Of a stretch of 64,000 bases of DNA, positions 47,098 through 56,682 are shown one piece after another. The position numbers were made by a program, and so were the translations under genes. How positions within the stretch are numbered: position 1 is the first letter of the stretch; every line of letters begins with the position of its first letter. The stretch lies in IMG/VR virus record IMGVR_UViG_3300043908_006005; one strand, given 5' to 3'. The DNA is from an uncultured virus (IMG/VR IMGVR_UViG_3300043908_006005). Its lineage: Duplodnaviria > Heunggongvirae > Uroviricota > Caudoviricetes. The notes beneath the pieces are model-generated. The model was given only the letters and a program-made list of their open reading frames with translations, was not told where the DNA came from and did not search any database.

Positions 47098-47564
47098 AAC
47101 AACTTGGAATTCTTTTAGATAATGTGGGCGCAAGTCAAATAGCATTTTTTGTGATTTCTGAGCTAAACAAATACACAGAAAAAGAATGCGAGTTCCAGCC
47201 CATTGTTTTTTATCGAAATATTCAAAAGAACTGCTTGCCTGCAAATTTCTCTGTCATGGAGATTCAGGAGGCTTGGGGATGCAACGGCCCAATGATAGCC
47301 ACATCTTCATCTACCGCCAAATCCTTGTCTAAATTCCCATCCGTCGTAGATAAGTTTTTCTACGTTTGGGACGTTGAATGGATTAGAAACTCGGTGAGCA
47401 GTAAGCAATATGAGGACTATGAAAAAATTTACTCTGACAAAAACATGTCTATTATAGCAAGAAGTGACGCGCACAAAAGACTTATAGAAAACTGTTTTAA
47501 CAGACAGGTTAATCACGTTGTTTCTGACTTTAATATGTCAAAGATTTTGGAGGCTATAAAATGA
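47094..47564 (+). CDS. hypothetical protein, possibly a stand-alone GT-B N-terminal half
   Basis: IATS...KFFYVWDVEW. Confidence 0.5.
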   Translation: MKQLGILLDNVGASQIAFFVISELNKYTEKECEFQPIVFYRNIQKNCLPANFSVMEIQEAWGCNGPMIATSSSTAKSLSKFPSVVDKFFYVWDVEWIRNSVSSKQYEDYEKIYSDKNMSIIARSDAHKRLIENCFNRQVNHVVSDFNMSKILEAIK

Positions 47565-48340
47565 AAAATCTTGAAGATAAAGCGTGGTGTTACAATCAAT
47601 ATTGGACTCGAGAGCGAAGTATAGGAGACATAGCAAAGGAGCTTGATACATATCCAAATAAGGTTCGAAGAGCCCTAAAATCGCATGGAATTAAACTTAG
47701 GGATAAGGGGTCTGCGCAGGCAGTGGCTTTAAAAAAGGGCCGCAGCAGCCATCCTACGAAAGATAAGGGGCATTCTGAAGAGGCAAGGCTTAAAATATCT
47801 GAGGGTGTGGCTCAGAACTGGGAAAACTTGTCGAATGAAGAGCTTGAATCTAGGCGAGAGACCGCCAGGGAGCAATGGAGAAATATGTCGGAAGAAGAGA
47901 AAATTAAGCTAAGAGAGTCGGCTGTTCCTGGAATTAAAAAAGCCTCCAAGGAAGGCTCTAAGCTAGAAAAATACATCAGAGATAGGTTGACAAGAGAGAA
48001 ATATGTAGTAGAATATCATAAGAAAGGAATAGTGCCTAATGCTAACCTTGAGGTAGACATATATTTGCCTGAGATTGGCACAGCGATAGAAATTGATGGG
48101 CCTTCTCACTTTCTACCCATTTGGGGTGAAGAGGCATTAGAAAAAACCATAAAATCAGACAATGAAAAAAACGGGCTTTTAAGATATCATGGGGTGATGG
48201 TTCTTAGGGTTGCACAGAAGAGAAAAACTCTTTCTCAAAAATCCATGAGAGATACGTGGAATGCAATAGAAAAAGAACTTCAACTGATTTCAGTAAAGCT
48301 TCCGCCTAAGAAAAATCGTTTCAAAGAAATAGAGGTTTAA
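47561..48340 (+). CDS. putative free-standing homing endonuclease (HTH, NUMOD3, Vsr/DUF559-like)
   Basis: SIGDIAKEL HTH, KGHSEEARLKIS NUMOD3-like, VDIYL..IEIDGPSH. Confidence 0.65.
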   Translation: MKNLEDKAWCYNQYWTRERSIGDIAKELDTYPNKVRRALKSHGIKLRDKGSAQAVALKKGRSSHPTKDKGHSEEARLKISEGVAQNWENLSNEELESRRETAREQWRNMSEEEKIKLRESAVPGIKKASKEGSKLEKYIRDRLTREKYVVEYHKKGIVPNANLEVDIYLPEIGTAIEIDGPSHFLPIWGEEALEKTIKSDNEKNGLLRYHGVMVLRVAQKRKTLSQKSMRDTWNAIEKELQLISVKLPPKKNRFKEIEV

Positions 48341-48343
48341 TTT

Positions 48344-49312
48344 ATGATGACTAAGCACGGATACGAAGACGTAAGTGTTAAGGATATTAGAGCAGAATTG
48401 TTATCTTTGGGTGTAACTGAAGAGGACGTTCTATCGCAAAGCAAAAAGCCTTTAGTAAAGCTTCTGCTGGAGATGAAAGACAAGGCGGGAGAAAACGATG
48501 ATATTCTATATAACATTGACTTTCCTGACGATGAAGAGTCAAATATTTTAGATGCAGTAGACACCGACTCACTAAAGAATGAGGAAAGCAAGGAATTGGT
48601 TAGGCCTGAATTTAATAGTGAAAAATGGTCTGAATGGGTTATGTCTCAGTTTGCTGATGATGAGCTTGAGAATGGAGCTCCTACATGCGATGGTCTCCGG
48701 CGAGTTGCTGAAGATGTATTAGGACCCATAGAAAAAGTTGAGATTATAAAAAATGACACTCCAAATGTAAATAACAAAGGAAACGCCACTGTTGTTGTTG
48801 GGGTAACAATTAGCCATGTTCTTTTGGAGGGGCATCCAAGGCACGGCTCTTATATATACGTTGAGGATTTGGCTGACGCAAATAAGCTGAACACTCCAGA
48901 AGAAATTTTCAAGCATCCGTCCGCAACTGCCGGAACTAGGGCTGAATCTAGGGTTTACAGAAAAATGCTTAGATTAAAGAAGGTGCTCACAGCAGAAGAG
49001 TTGGCGTCTAACGAATCGACTTTAGAGGAAGAATGGTCTCCCTCTACTCCTATTACAGAACAGCAAATTACGGTAATTGATATGCTGTGCAAAAGAACAA
49101 ACATGAATGTTTCCGACTTTATTAATTGTGGAGACTCTAAGTATGTGTGTGTGGAGCAAGTATCAGAACAATCCGCACAAAAGATGCTGCAGTATTTAAA
49201 TAGAATCCAAAGAAAAGATGCCGACAGACCCGATGATGTAGGCGAATACGACGAAAACTGGAAGGTAAAAAACGATGACACAAGAGAAGAGAATTTTAGC
49301 AAAGGAGTATAG
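48344..49312 (+). CDS. putative Rad52/Sak-like single-strand annealing protein
   Basis: GLRRVAE and ATAGTRAESRVYRKML; SAP-like N-terminus. Confidence 0.45.
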   Translation: MMTKHGYEDVSVKDIRAELLSLGVTEEDVLSQSKKPLVKLLLEMKDKAGENDDILYNIDFPDDEESNILDAVDTDSLKNEESKELVRPEFNSEKWSEWVMSQFADDELENGAPTCDGLRRVAEDVLGPIEKVEIIKNDTPNVNNKGNATVVVGVTISHVLLEGHPRHGSYIYVEDLADANKLNTPEEIFKHPSATAGTRAESRVYRKMLRLKKVLTAEELASNESTLEEEWSPSTPITEQQITVIDMLCKRTNMNVSDFINCGDSKYVCVEQVSEQSAQKMLQYLNRIQRKDADRPDDVGEYDENWKVKNDDTREENFSKGV

Positions 49313-49823
49313 GATATACAAGCCTAACTCCAAAGGCACTGGTGCCGCTTCTAAGTTTCAGTGTAGAACTAAATGGAAGACGGTTGATGGTAATGAATAC
49401 CCAGACCTTATACTTTTTTTAGAAACCGCTCAACAAACTGGATTTGACAACAATAAAAACGCTTCGTTTGGATGGTCTACAAATAGCGACAAAGGTAAAA
49501 AAACATCCGTCACCATGAAGCTTGGTCTTCCTGATATAGGCGAGATGCTTCTAGTTTTAAAGGGTCGAAAGCAATATGTTGGACCAGAGCCTAAAGCAGG
49601 TAGAAATATCGAGCCTGGACTCTATCATCAAAAAGTCAAAGGCAATACAAGCCTAAGACTAAAGTGGAGTGAAGGACGCCTATACCTGAACATCTCTGCT
49701 CAGGACGAAAAAAAGAATGTGACAAAGGTATCACACAGCATAACTACCGCAGAAGCGGTTGTGCTGGAATGCCTTTTAACAAACTTTGTGTCTGAATACC
49801 ACAATTGGTCATATCAGAAGTAG
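49275..49823 (+). CDS. Whirly-like ssDNA-binding protein
   Basis: RIYK..KGTGAA, KLGLPDIG, LYHQ and SITTAEAVVL mirror the Whirly motif order. Confidence 0.5.
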   Translation: MTQEKRILAKEYRIYKPNSKGTGAASKFQCRTKWKTVDGNEYPDLILFLETAQQTGFDNNKNASFGWSTNSDKGKKTSVTMKLGLPDIGEMLLVLKGRKQYVGPEPKAGRNIEPGLYHQKVKGNTSLRLKWSEGRLYLNISAQDEKKNVTKVSHSITTAEAVVLECLLTNFVSEYHNWSYQK

Positions 49824-49824
49824 T

Positions 49825-50466
49825 TTAAATATACTCTAATGAAAAATAAAGCCCATAGTCGGTTTTATTTCCAATAGAGTCTGGGCTAGCTGAGATTGCT
49901 GCAAACCAATCGTGTTGCGTGTCACTCAATGCCGATATTGTTGTTACTCCATCTGCCGCATACAGACCGCTTGGTCCAGGACAGTTTGCAAAAGAAACCG
50001 TCGTATCTGTTCCTCCAGGCGTTATCCAAGTATCATCTCCAGAGCCAGTTGGCCCTTGAACTTCATCAGGGTGAATAATCTCGGCTACTTTTGTGGTTAC
50101 TCCGGAAGCGGGATTGGACGTACTGCTTCTATCATAAATTATCATTTTGCAGTTTTGAGTTTTGACCGGTGCAGAATGAGTGAATCTTATGTTCATCGTA
50201 GATTGGTAGTTGGGGATAGCCTTAAGACCTATTCCACTAGAAGCTGCTCCAAGAACACCGCTTCCAGGATTTAGGTATCTAATATTCTGCCCTTGAGGAC
50301 CTTGGATGCTTCCAAGTCCATCGGTAACAAAAGTGGTCCCTTGATATGAACCCACAGGAACACTTGCGCCAAAGCCAGACTCTCCAAAGAAACCAAGCCC
50401 TGAACCGCTAGTATTTATGTCGTATTCGAAACCGGTTGTATTGATGTAGAAATCTATTTCAGCCAT
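49825..50466 (-). CDS. hypothetical protein, probably virion structural
   Basis: AGGAGA SD; Gly/Ser/Thr beta-rich; GGTG promoter motif upstream. Confidence 0.7.
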   Translation of the reverse strand: MAEIDFYINTTGFEYDINTSGSGLGFFGESGFGASVPVGSYQGTTFVTDGLGSIQGPQGQNIRYLNPGSGVLGAASSGIGLKAIPNYQSTMNIRFTHSAPVKTQNCKMIIYDRSSTSNPASGVTTKVAEIIHPDEVQGPTGSGDDTWITPGGTDTTVSFANCPGPSGLYAADGVTTISALSDTQHDWFAAISASPDSIGNKTDYGLYFSLEYI

Positions 50467-50489
50467 TTTTTATTGTCTCCTATTAATTA

Positions 50490-50500
50490 ATAGTACACCA
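50490..50500 (-). promoter_or_regulatory. GGTG-TACTAT putative phage promoter
   Basis: TGGTGTACTAT on the - strand in an intergenic gap. Confidence 0.55.
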
Positions 50501-50502
50501 TT

Positions 50503-50757
50503 TTACGATTGTTTAGGCCATTTATCTATTGGGCAACTTTCACTTCTCCACCAAGCTTTTCTGGACAATATGCACCCACAATCTTCATGATTACATACCC
50601 CGTCTTTTTGCAATTCGCAAGAGTTGCAGGTTTCTATTCTTTTTATATATTCTTCTGTTGAAACGTCCACAAAACCATCTCTGGCATGTTTCGCAACCGC
50701 ATGAGCAAAATTAGACGCTCTTTTTATTGCCCCAGGAGGGCCTTTTTTTTCTGACAT
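50503..50757 (-). CDS. small Cys-rich protein (DUF6171-like)
   Basis: RIETCNSC..C...CGC...KAWW..ESCPIDKW; GGAG SD before ATG 50757. Confidence 0.7.
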   Translation of the reverse strand: MSEKKGPPGAIKRASNFAHAVAKHARDGFVDVSTEEYIKRIETCNSCELQKDGVCNHEDCGCILSRKAWWRSESCPIDKWPKQS

Positions 50758-50778
50758 ATTTTTCTCCATTTAAATAAA

Positions 50779-53700
50779 TTAATTTGTTCCCATAGGGTTT
50801 CCACTATCGGCAGAATGCCACTTCATTAAATAATCCGGAGTTTTCACAAAATCCGGTCTCTTCACAAATCCTCCAATATCCATGTTTTGGTTTTCAAAGT
50901 AGCTAAGATAACCAAATTTTGACAACTCAGTGCTTCCAAAACCATCCCATCCAGACTCTGTAATTTCTTCCCATGCCCACCCCTCAGTATCTTCGCCAAA
51001 AGAGTCTACAGACCCAGGACACGCAAACGCAAGGTCTTCTGTGTCTACACTTTCGTCACACAAGCCAGCCCCTGCTCCACCGAGGCTTCCATTTTTTTCT
51101 TCCCACCAGTTGGTGCATGGACCCCTACAAAACGCCAGCCTTACTTTGCCGCCCTTTGCCACTTTTTTAGTTGGTATAAGGTGACTGCTCTTGTTTTCGT
51201 AGCCATTGTCTTTTGTATAACAGTTTACACCAACCCCCCATCCATTGGCGACACCTTCTTCTCCACATAAAGCGCCAACAACACATGGCGGAGGATAATC
51301 AGGTGGCAGCGGGGTTATGTTTTCAACTTCATTGCAATCTCCGCAATCAAATATATACTCAAATGGGTCGGTTCCTTGTGTAGGCAAGAGTTCTGCGGCG
51401 GGAGGAGGGCCGTGATTGACGCCTCCTCTTGTGCAGCTTTCCATTGTTGGCGGGTCGTCTGGGTTTAAATGTCCATTGAAAAATAGAGCTTCAAAATATA
51501 TAGTCCTTTGAAGAATAGCCTCTTCTTTTTCAACGACGCCGCTTGCTGTTTCTGGTCTAAATACCGTCCCTCCCGTTATTTCTTCACCTGCGCTTGTTGT
51601 TAAAATTTCCCCACTTGGTAATCTAAAACCCCCAGCTTTCAATTCATCCCATTTTTCTACTCTAATCATATCTTCATATGTCCAGCTTCTAAAAACTTGA
51701 ATATGCCAAAATTTATTCAATATAAAAGTTACTGTAGCCTCTAGGTTCATGGGTCCTGTTGGTCCATCGGCATCACATTTTCTTGGGGTTTGTTCGTTAA
51801 CCAGTTCGCATAAGTCAAAAGTGTAGGTTGGCTGTTGATAGTCGTCTGCTGACAAGTCCCTTTTGGCACAAGCTAAATTATTGTACCCATCTATTTCAGG
51901 GTTTGCTTTATCCATCGGAATCACATATTTCTGGGCTTCGCTTGTATCTTGTTCACACTCTCCAGCACAATTTGCAATCATAAAATCTTTTACCTTATCC
52001 AAATCAATCTCTGTTTCTTCCGGAGGCTGTGGGTCGTGGTGTATTGACGTTCCGGCTTCCATGTTTGGGTCACCGGTAGAATAATCTATGCAATCTTTAG
52101 AAATGCAGCTATCAGGCATCGTACCCGGTTCGTTTCCAGTGGCTTCTGCCCAGTCTTCGGCAGAAACTCGGTCTTCAAGATATTTTTCTGCTGTGTCGTC
52201 AGAAATTTCATTTTTAGAATTATATACCCTTTGCCAATATGCTTTACCGCCATCTTGCTCGGTATCTTCTGTACCTCCTGGGAGATTTCTTCTAAATTCC
52301 CATCTACACTGAACGTTTCCGTATCTACTAGCCGTCTGCTCCCCTCCTTGATTGCCGTCAAACATGAGTTTATCGCATCCATTTTGTGTACCTGCTTGCT
52401 GCAAGTATAAAATATCGCCACATCTTGGCAGCACTGGCACTGGACATTCAGGAAAACATTCAGGGTCGCAAGGGTCGCACCAACCGAATGTGCAATCTGG
52501 CGAGGGAGAGGGGCATTGTATGGGAGAAATGAAAACTTCAACTTCAAGGCCAACGAAAGTCTCTCCGGCTATCCAATTGGCGGGAATTGTGTTTTCTGGA
52601 CAATCTGGATTTGGGTCTAACATTGAAATAGCAATAGGTAGAGGAGGTGCCGGGGCAGTAGGTTTATGCCAAATTACCCAACCTGGAGGCTCAAGTAATG
52701 GAAGAACGCTTAAATAGAAAACCTTGCCTTCTTCGTTCATATATTTCCACACGCCTTTTTCAGCTAAAAATGGCTCGGCTTTCATAGCGTCAGGCCACTC
52801 ATCCTGGGGAACACGTTCATAAATACCATCAACTTGATAGCCCGACCCTACATTAAGAGTCGCATCTATTCCGTCTATTCGATAACAGTCTTCGCATGGG
52901 TCAGGTGATGGCTCTGGGTCTGGGTCTGGAGAGGGAGAGGGAGAAGGGCAAGGGTTGCAATTATCGCATCCTTCTAGAATAATTTGTTTTTCGTCAGACC
53001 AAATATTACCACCACCCACACTAGACCAACCCGTAAGCCCAACAGGGCTTGTTTCGGTGTTATTAACGGTAACTGTGAATTTAGTCTGGTCGTTTACAGC
53101 AAAAACCCAATTGGTTGTATCAGGGGCGGTTCCTGGAAAGTAATAAATTGAAAAAGTCACACTTTGGCCTTCGTGCTGGACCTCTCTTGTCCATTTACTT
53201 CTAACTTCTTCGCTTACTACATATTCGTGCGTATAACATCCAGTGGACTTTTCTCCTAGAGGGCTGCTGATGCCGCCTCCGTAAGATATTACTTCTGGCC
53301 CGCAAACACATATATCTTCACCATATGGAAGGTCTGGTTCAGGCGATGGGGATGGGCTTGGAATATCTGGACAATCAGGGCAGGTATCACAACCACTCTC
53401 TGTTGTTGCTGTAATTATTTGATTGCTCCAAGTCGGCGCGGAGCCGATAGGATGCCAACCAGTGAGTCCGACTGGGTCATCTCGTTCATACATGTCTGGG
53501 TCGGTAATAGCGTAAGCGACTCTATTACCAAGAGTCAAAATCCAAGCCGGGCCTGGGTCGGCAGTAACCGTTGAAATCTCTGGGTGTTTGAATATTTTAA
53601 GTTGTACCGGTGCGTTGGGTGGGATGTGATGCGATTCAGTAGTTACGTTGCGAATCCACTCGTCACATGGGTTTTCGGGAACATCATCGTCACAATTCTG

Positions 53701-56040
53701 ATTTGTTCCAGATGAAAATTCGTAACATCCAGTTGCATAACTATATGCGAACCCTTCTGGGCCACATACACATATATTGCCTCTGTATGGTTCAGGGCCA
53801 GGTGATGGGTCAGGTGATGGCTCTGGGTCTGGGTCGGGCGGTGGTTCTGGGCTTGGAACACAACAGGTTCCCTCAGTTGCGGAGAGGCCAATAGCGATTT
53901 GCCTTCCCGAAGTGTCTGAATTATGCGTGTCCGTTCTATAGAAATGTGTCCTATCTCCCGAATTATCAGCGATACTCTGCCCTATAGTATAGTACGAGTA
54001 AATACGAGAAAAATATTTTACTCTAACATCTTGGTCGTGTGTATGAGGACAATTGTCGGCAGAAATATTTTCAAATCTAGATTTAAGGGCGGCGTAGTTA
54101 TCTCCCGTTTGCGTATCATCCGATAATAGCATTGAGAGAACCTTCTTGTCAATGCATTTATATCCCACTCCTGTGTATGCGTGGTAACCACCAAAAATAT
54201 AGGTTCGATTAATGGTTACACCAGTGCTTGTGCCTAACGTACCACACATGAGAGCAATGGTCTGCCAAATAGAGTGTTTTGTTTCAGCGGGTGAATTTCC
54301 GCTATTAATAAACACCTGGCCACGGCTAAAATTACCACTACTACTAAAATGTTTATGATTTAGATACCACCGAAAATTTGATATATCAGTGCCATTTGCT
54401 ACACGCCCATTAGAACTGAAGTACCCTCCTTCCTGCCAGCCACGATTGACTTCTTCAAATCTCTCTTCCGTAACCTTAAACATATAGATGGAGTTGAATG
54501 GTGGAGCCTCAACTCCAGGGGTATAGTTTCCTGTTTGGACTGAAATATTAAAACTTCCTTCCAGTGCGTTTATCTCTGCAACCGCCGCGTTAATTTCGGC
54601 AACATCACCCGCGTCGTCCAGGCCCTCTACAAGGTGTAGCGTTATATTGCCCGACCATTTTCTGAGTGTTCTGCTCGGGTCGGTGAGAGAATCACTGCCA
54701 ATCCATCTTTTGGCAGCCAAGTCTATTTCTTCATTTGTGTATTTCAACCTTGGCTCTGAACCGCCAACGGCCGCTATTACCCAGTTAGGCTCTAACTGCG
54801 CACTGCTGCCCGATTCTGGTTCAAAACAGGGACAATGATTATTATCGGTTAAGAATATTTTAGGGGTCTCTCCATTAGGCCCTGTAACAGCATCTCCGCA
54901 AATATCTGATTTTTCATAAACGTTTCTGGTAGTGCTTCTTATTGAAGAAGTTGTTTCATCGCTTGTTTTTATATAAGTTCCATTGAAAAGCTCATCATCC
55001 GCTCCATAAACACATATATATTCTTCATGCTCCGTACTTAATTCTGGCTTTGCCTCAACAAGACTAAACCCACTCTCAAAAATATATTCTAGATTGTCTA
55101 ATTCTTGTTGTAATTTTTCAATATTGTCTTCTAATAAAAATTTATCATAGCTGTATTCTTTGTTAAGCGGTGCGCTAGCGCTTCCACACTTTTCTGCTAA
55201 TTCTTCGTACAGTTGTGCATAATTGCATCCGGTAGGATAGTATATTTGTGGCGGTCCGCCTGCTTCATCTGGAGGACCAAGAATATCGTTTACGTCTTCG
55301 CAATTCGCGCAGCTTACCGGCAGTGGCGGACTATATCCAGACTTATTACCCAAGTACGGTATGTCACACTGCTCCCCAGGACAAAACTGCCAAGGAACTT
55401 CTTGCTTCACAAACTCTAAAGCCACTACAGACGTTGTGCCTAAATCGCATGTTGAATTAAATGGATATGGAGTGTATGGAGCGTTGTTTGTGCAATCAGG
55501 ACAATCAATATTTTTTCTTGCAAAACAACCGGGGCATCTTTCTGCTGTATGACTTTGGCCTCCTAGAGGACCCATTCCAAACATCCCACTCCCGCCCCCA
55601 TTTTCGGGCATTCCAGGCATATTCTGCTGGGCTGATGTTATAGTGGTGCTTATTTCAGGCTCTAGTGCTTTACCTTGAGGCGGCGCGCATGGATAGCATG
55701 GACCTTTTTTATTTTTTCTATCTCCACAAAATTTATCCTCGTTCATATCGGAAGGTCTACACTTTTGTGCCTCGTGTGCTTCCTCTAGGCACGGCGAACC
55801 AAACTGCTTAGAATTGCACAAAATCCATTCTGCAAAAGGGGTCCCTACACAACAAAGATGATTGTCAGAACTGGCAATTGATGCCGCACACTGAGCTCTT
55901 CCTGGTTCTGGTTCTGGTTCTGGTTCTGGTGTTCCCTGACAATAGGAATTATCTACTACTTGTCCACCAGCAGCAATGCACTCTGATTCATTTTCTTTTT
56001 GAGAGTAGCCTTCACCGGGAATATAACAACATACGGGCAT
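50779..56040 (-). CDS. 1753-aa Cys/Pro-rich modular protein, possibly tail fibre or adhesin
   Basis: PE/PSP/PDP linkers, repeated ICVCGPE..TGCY..PVGLTGW modules, degenerate DUF2927-like domain. Confidence 0.7.
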   Translation of the reverse strand: MPVCCYIPGEGYSQKENESECIAAGGQVVDNSYCQGTPEPEPEPEPGRAQCAASIASSDNHLCCVGTPFAEWILCNSKQFGSPCLEEAHEAQKCRPSDMNEDKFCGDRKNKKGPCYPCAPPQGKALEPEISTTITSAQQNMPGMPENGGGSGMFGMGPLGGQSHTAERCPGCFARKNIDCPDCTNNAPYTPYPFNSTCDLGTTSVVALEFVKQEVPWQFCPGEQCDIPYLGNKSGYSPPLPVSCANCEDVNDILGPPDEAGGPPQIYYPTGCNYAQLYEELAEKCGSASAPLNKEYSYDKFLLEDNIEKLQQELDNLEYIFESGFSLVEAKPELSTEHEEYICVYGADDELFNGTYIKTSDETTSSIRSTTRNVYEKSDICGDAVTGPNGETPKIFLTDNNHCPCFEPESGSSAQLEPNWVIAAVGGSEPRLKYTNEEIDLAAKRWIGSDSLTDPSRTLRKWSGNITLHLVEGLDDAGDVAEINAAVAEINALEGSFNISVQTGNYTPGVEAPPFNSIYMFKVTEERFEEVNRGWQEGGYFSSNGRVANGTDISNFRWYLNHKHFSSSGNFSRGQVFINSGNSPAETKHSIWQTIALMCGTLGTSTGVTINRTYIFGGYHAYTGVGYKCIDKKVLSMLLSDDTQTGDNYAALKSRFENISADNCPHTHDQDVRVKYFSRIYSYYTIGQSIADNSGDRTHFYRTDTHNSDTSGRQIAIGLSATEGTCCVPSPEPPPDPDPEPSPDPSPGPEPYRGNICVCGPEGFAYSYATGCYEFSSGTNQNCDDDVPENPCDEWIRNVTTESHHIPPNAPVQLKIFKHPEISTVTADPGPAWILTLGNRVAYAITDPDMYERDDPVGLTGWHPIGSAPTWSNQIITATTESGCDTCPDCPDIPSPSPSPEPDLPYGEDICVCGPEVISYGGGISSPLGEKSTGCYTHEYVVSEEVRSKWTREVQHEGQSVTFSIYYFPGTAPDTTNWVFAVNDQTKFTVTVNNTETSPVGLTGWSSVGGGNIWSDEKQIILEGCDNCNPCPSPSPSPDPDPEPSPDPCEDCYRIDGIDATLNVGSGYQVDGIYERVPQDEWPDAMKAEPFLAEKGVWKYMNEEGKVFYLSVLPLLEPPGWVIWHKPTAPAPPLPIAISMLDPNPDCPENTIPANWIAGETFVGLEVEVFISPIQCPSPSPDCTFGWCDPCDPECFPECPVPVLPRCGDILYLQQAGTQNGCDKLMFDGNQGGEQTASRYGNVQCRWEFRRNLPGGTEDTEQDGGKAYWQRVYNSKNEISDDTAEKYLEDRVSAEDWAEATGNEPGTMPDSCISKDCIDYSTGDPNMEAGTSIHHDPQPPEETEIDLDKVKDFMIANCAGECEQDTSEAQKYVIPMDKANPEIDGYNNLACAKRDLSADDYQQPTYTFDLCELVNEQTPRKCDADGPTGPMNLEATVTFILNKFWHIQVFRSWTYEDMIRVEKWDELKAGGFRLPSGEILTTSAGEEITGGTVFRPETASGVVEKEEAILQRTIYFEALFFNGHLNPDDPPTMESCTRGGVNHGPPPAAELLPTQGTDPFEYIFDCGDCNEVENITPLPPDYPPPCVVGALCGEEGVANGWGVGVNCYTKDNGYENKSSHLIPTKKVAKGGKVRLAFCRGPCTNWWEEKNGSLGGAGAGLCDESVDTEDLAFACPGSVDSFGEDTEGWAWEEITESGWDGFGSTELSKFGYLSYFENQNMDIGGFVKRPDFVKTPDYLMKWHSADSGNPMGTN
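52896..53835. repeat. 31-bp exact direct repeat (52896-52926 and 53805-53835)
   Basis: ATGGGTCAGGTGATGGCTCTGGGTCTGGGTC at both positions, 909 bp apart. Confidence 0.9.
55903..55930. repeat. TGGTTC hexamer tandem repeat encoding a (PE)n linker
   Basis: tggttc x4 plus a partial unit. Confidence 0.85.
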
Positions 56041-56043
56041 ATT

Positions 56044-56667
56044 TTAATCCTCTTCCTCTTCTGGCATTTGTGGATTCTCTGCTGTTGGCGTGCATTCTTC
56101 CCAAGTAATCAACGGACCTAAAGGAAAAATTCTTATATAGCCAGGAAAAAAGTCGTGGTCATATCCAAAATAAAATGGGGCGTGAGGCTCTGGGGAAGGA
56201 ACAGTTCCAGGAACCCCGCCGCATTCTATAGGGCCTGGAAATAAAACACAAAAGTCCTCACACCTCTCGCTCTCCTCAATAACTTTATCCCACTTTTCGG
56301 ATTCAGGTTGTCCAGCGGTATAGTATGCCTTAAAAGGACTAAGAGGGCCCGTTCCACCGGCCATATCTTCATCGCACCATTGAGGAGGAACAATATCTTG
56401 GTGGCCGTCCTTTGAATCTTCGTCTGGGTCAAAGTCTCTCCAGCTATTAATAGGGGGTTTTACTAAATGTCCTACTAAACAGTCTGGCTCTCCAGTATTT
56501 CCATCGTCGCATGGAGATACTGATGGACCACATCTCCAATCGATTGGAATTGAGCCGTCTCCGCCGTGCTTATCCCATTCTCCACATTCTCCTAGATGTG
56601 CGTACGTAAGGTCGTCTTCAAGTATATCAATAAGATAATTTGGATAATCTCTATGTTGAACTGCCAT
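56044..56667 (-). CDS. acidic Pro/Cys-rich hypothetical protein
   Basis: GGAG SD; located between two large structural-like genes. Confidence 0.65.
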   Translation of the reverse strand: MAVQHRDYPNYLIDILEDDLTYAHLGECGEWDKHGGDGSIPIDWRCGPSVSPCDDGNTGEPDCLVGHLVKPPINSWRDFDPDEDSKDGHQDIVPPQWCDEDMAGGTGPLSPFKAYYTAGQPESEKWDKVIEESERCEDFCVLFPGPIECGGVPGTVPSPEPHAPFYFGYDHDFFPGYIRIFPLGPLITWEECTPTAENPQMPEEEED

Positions 56668-56682
56668 CAAAATGCTCCCAAA

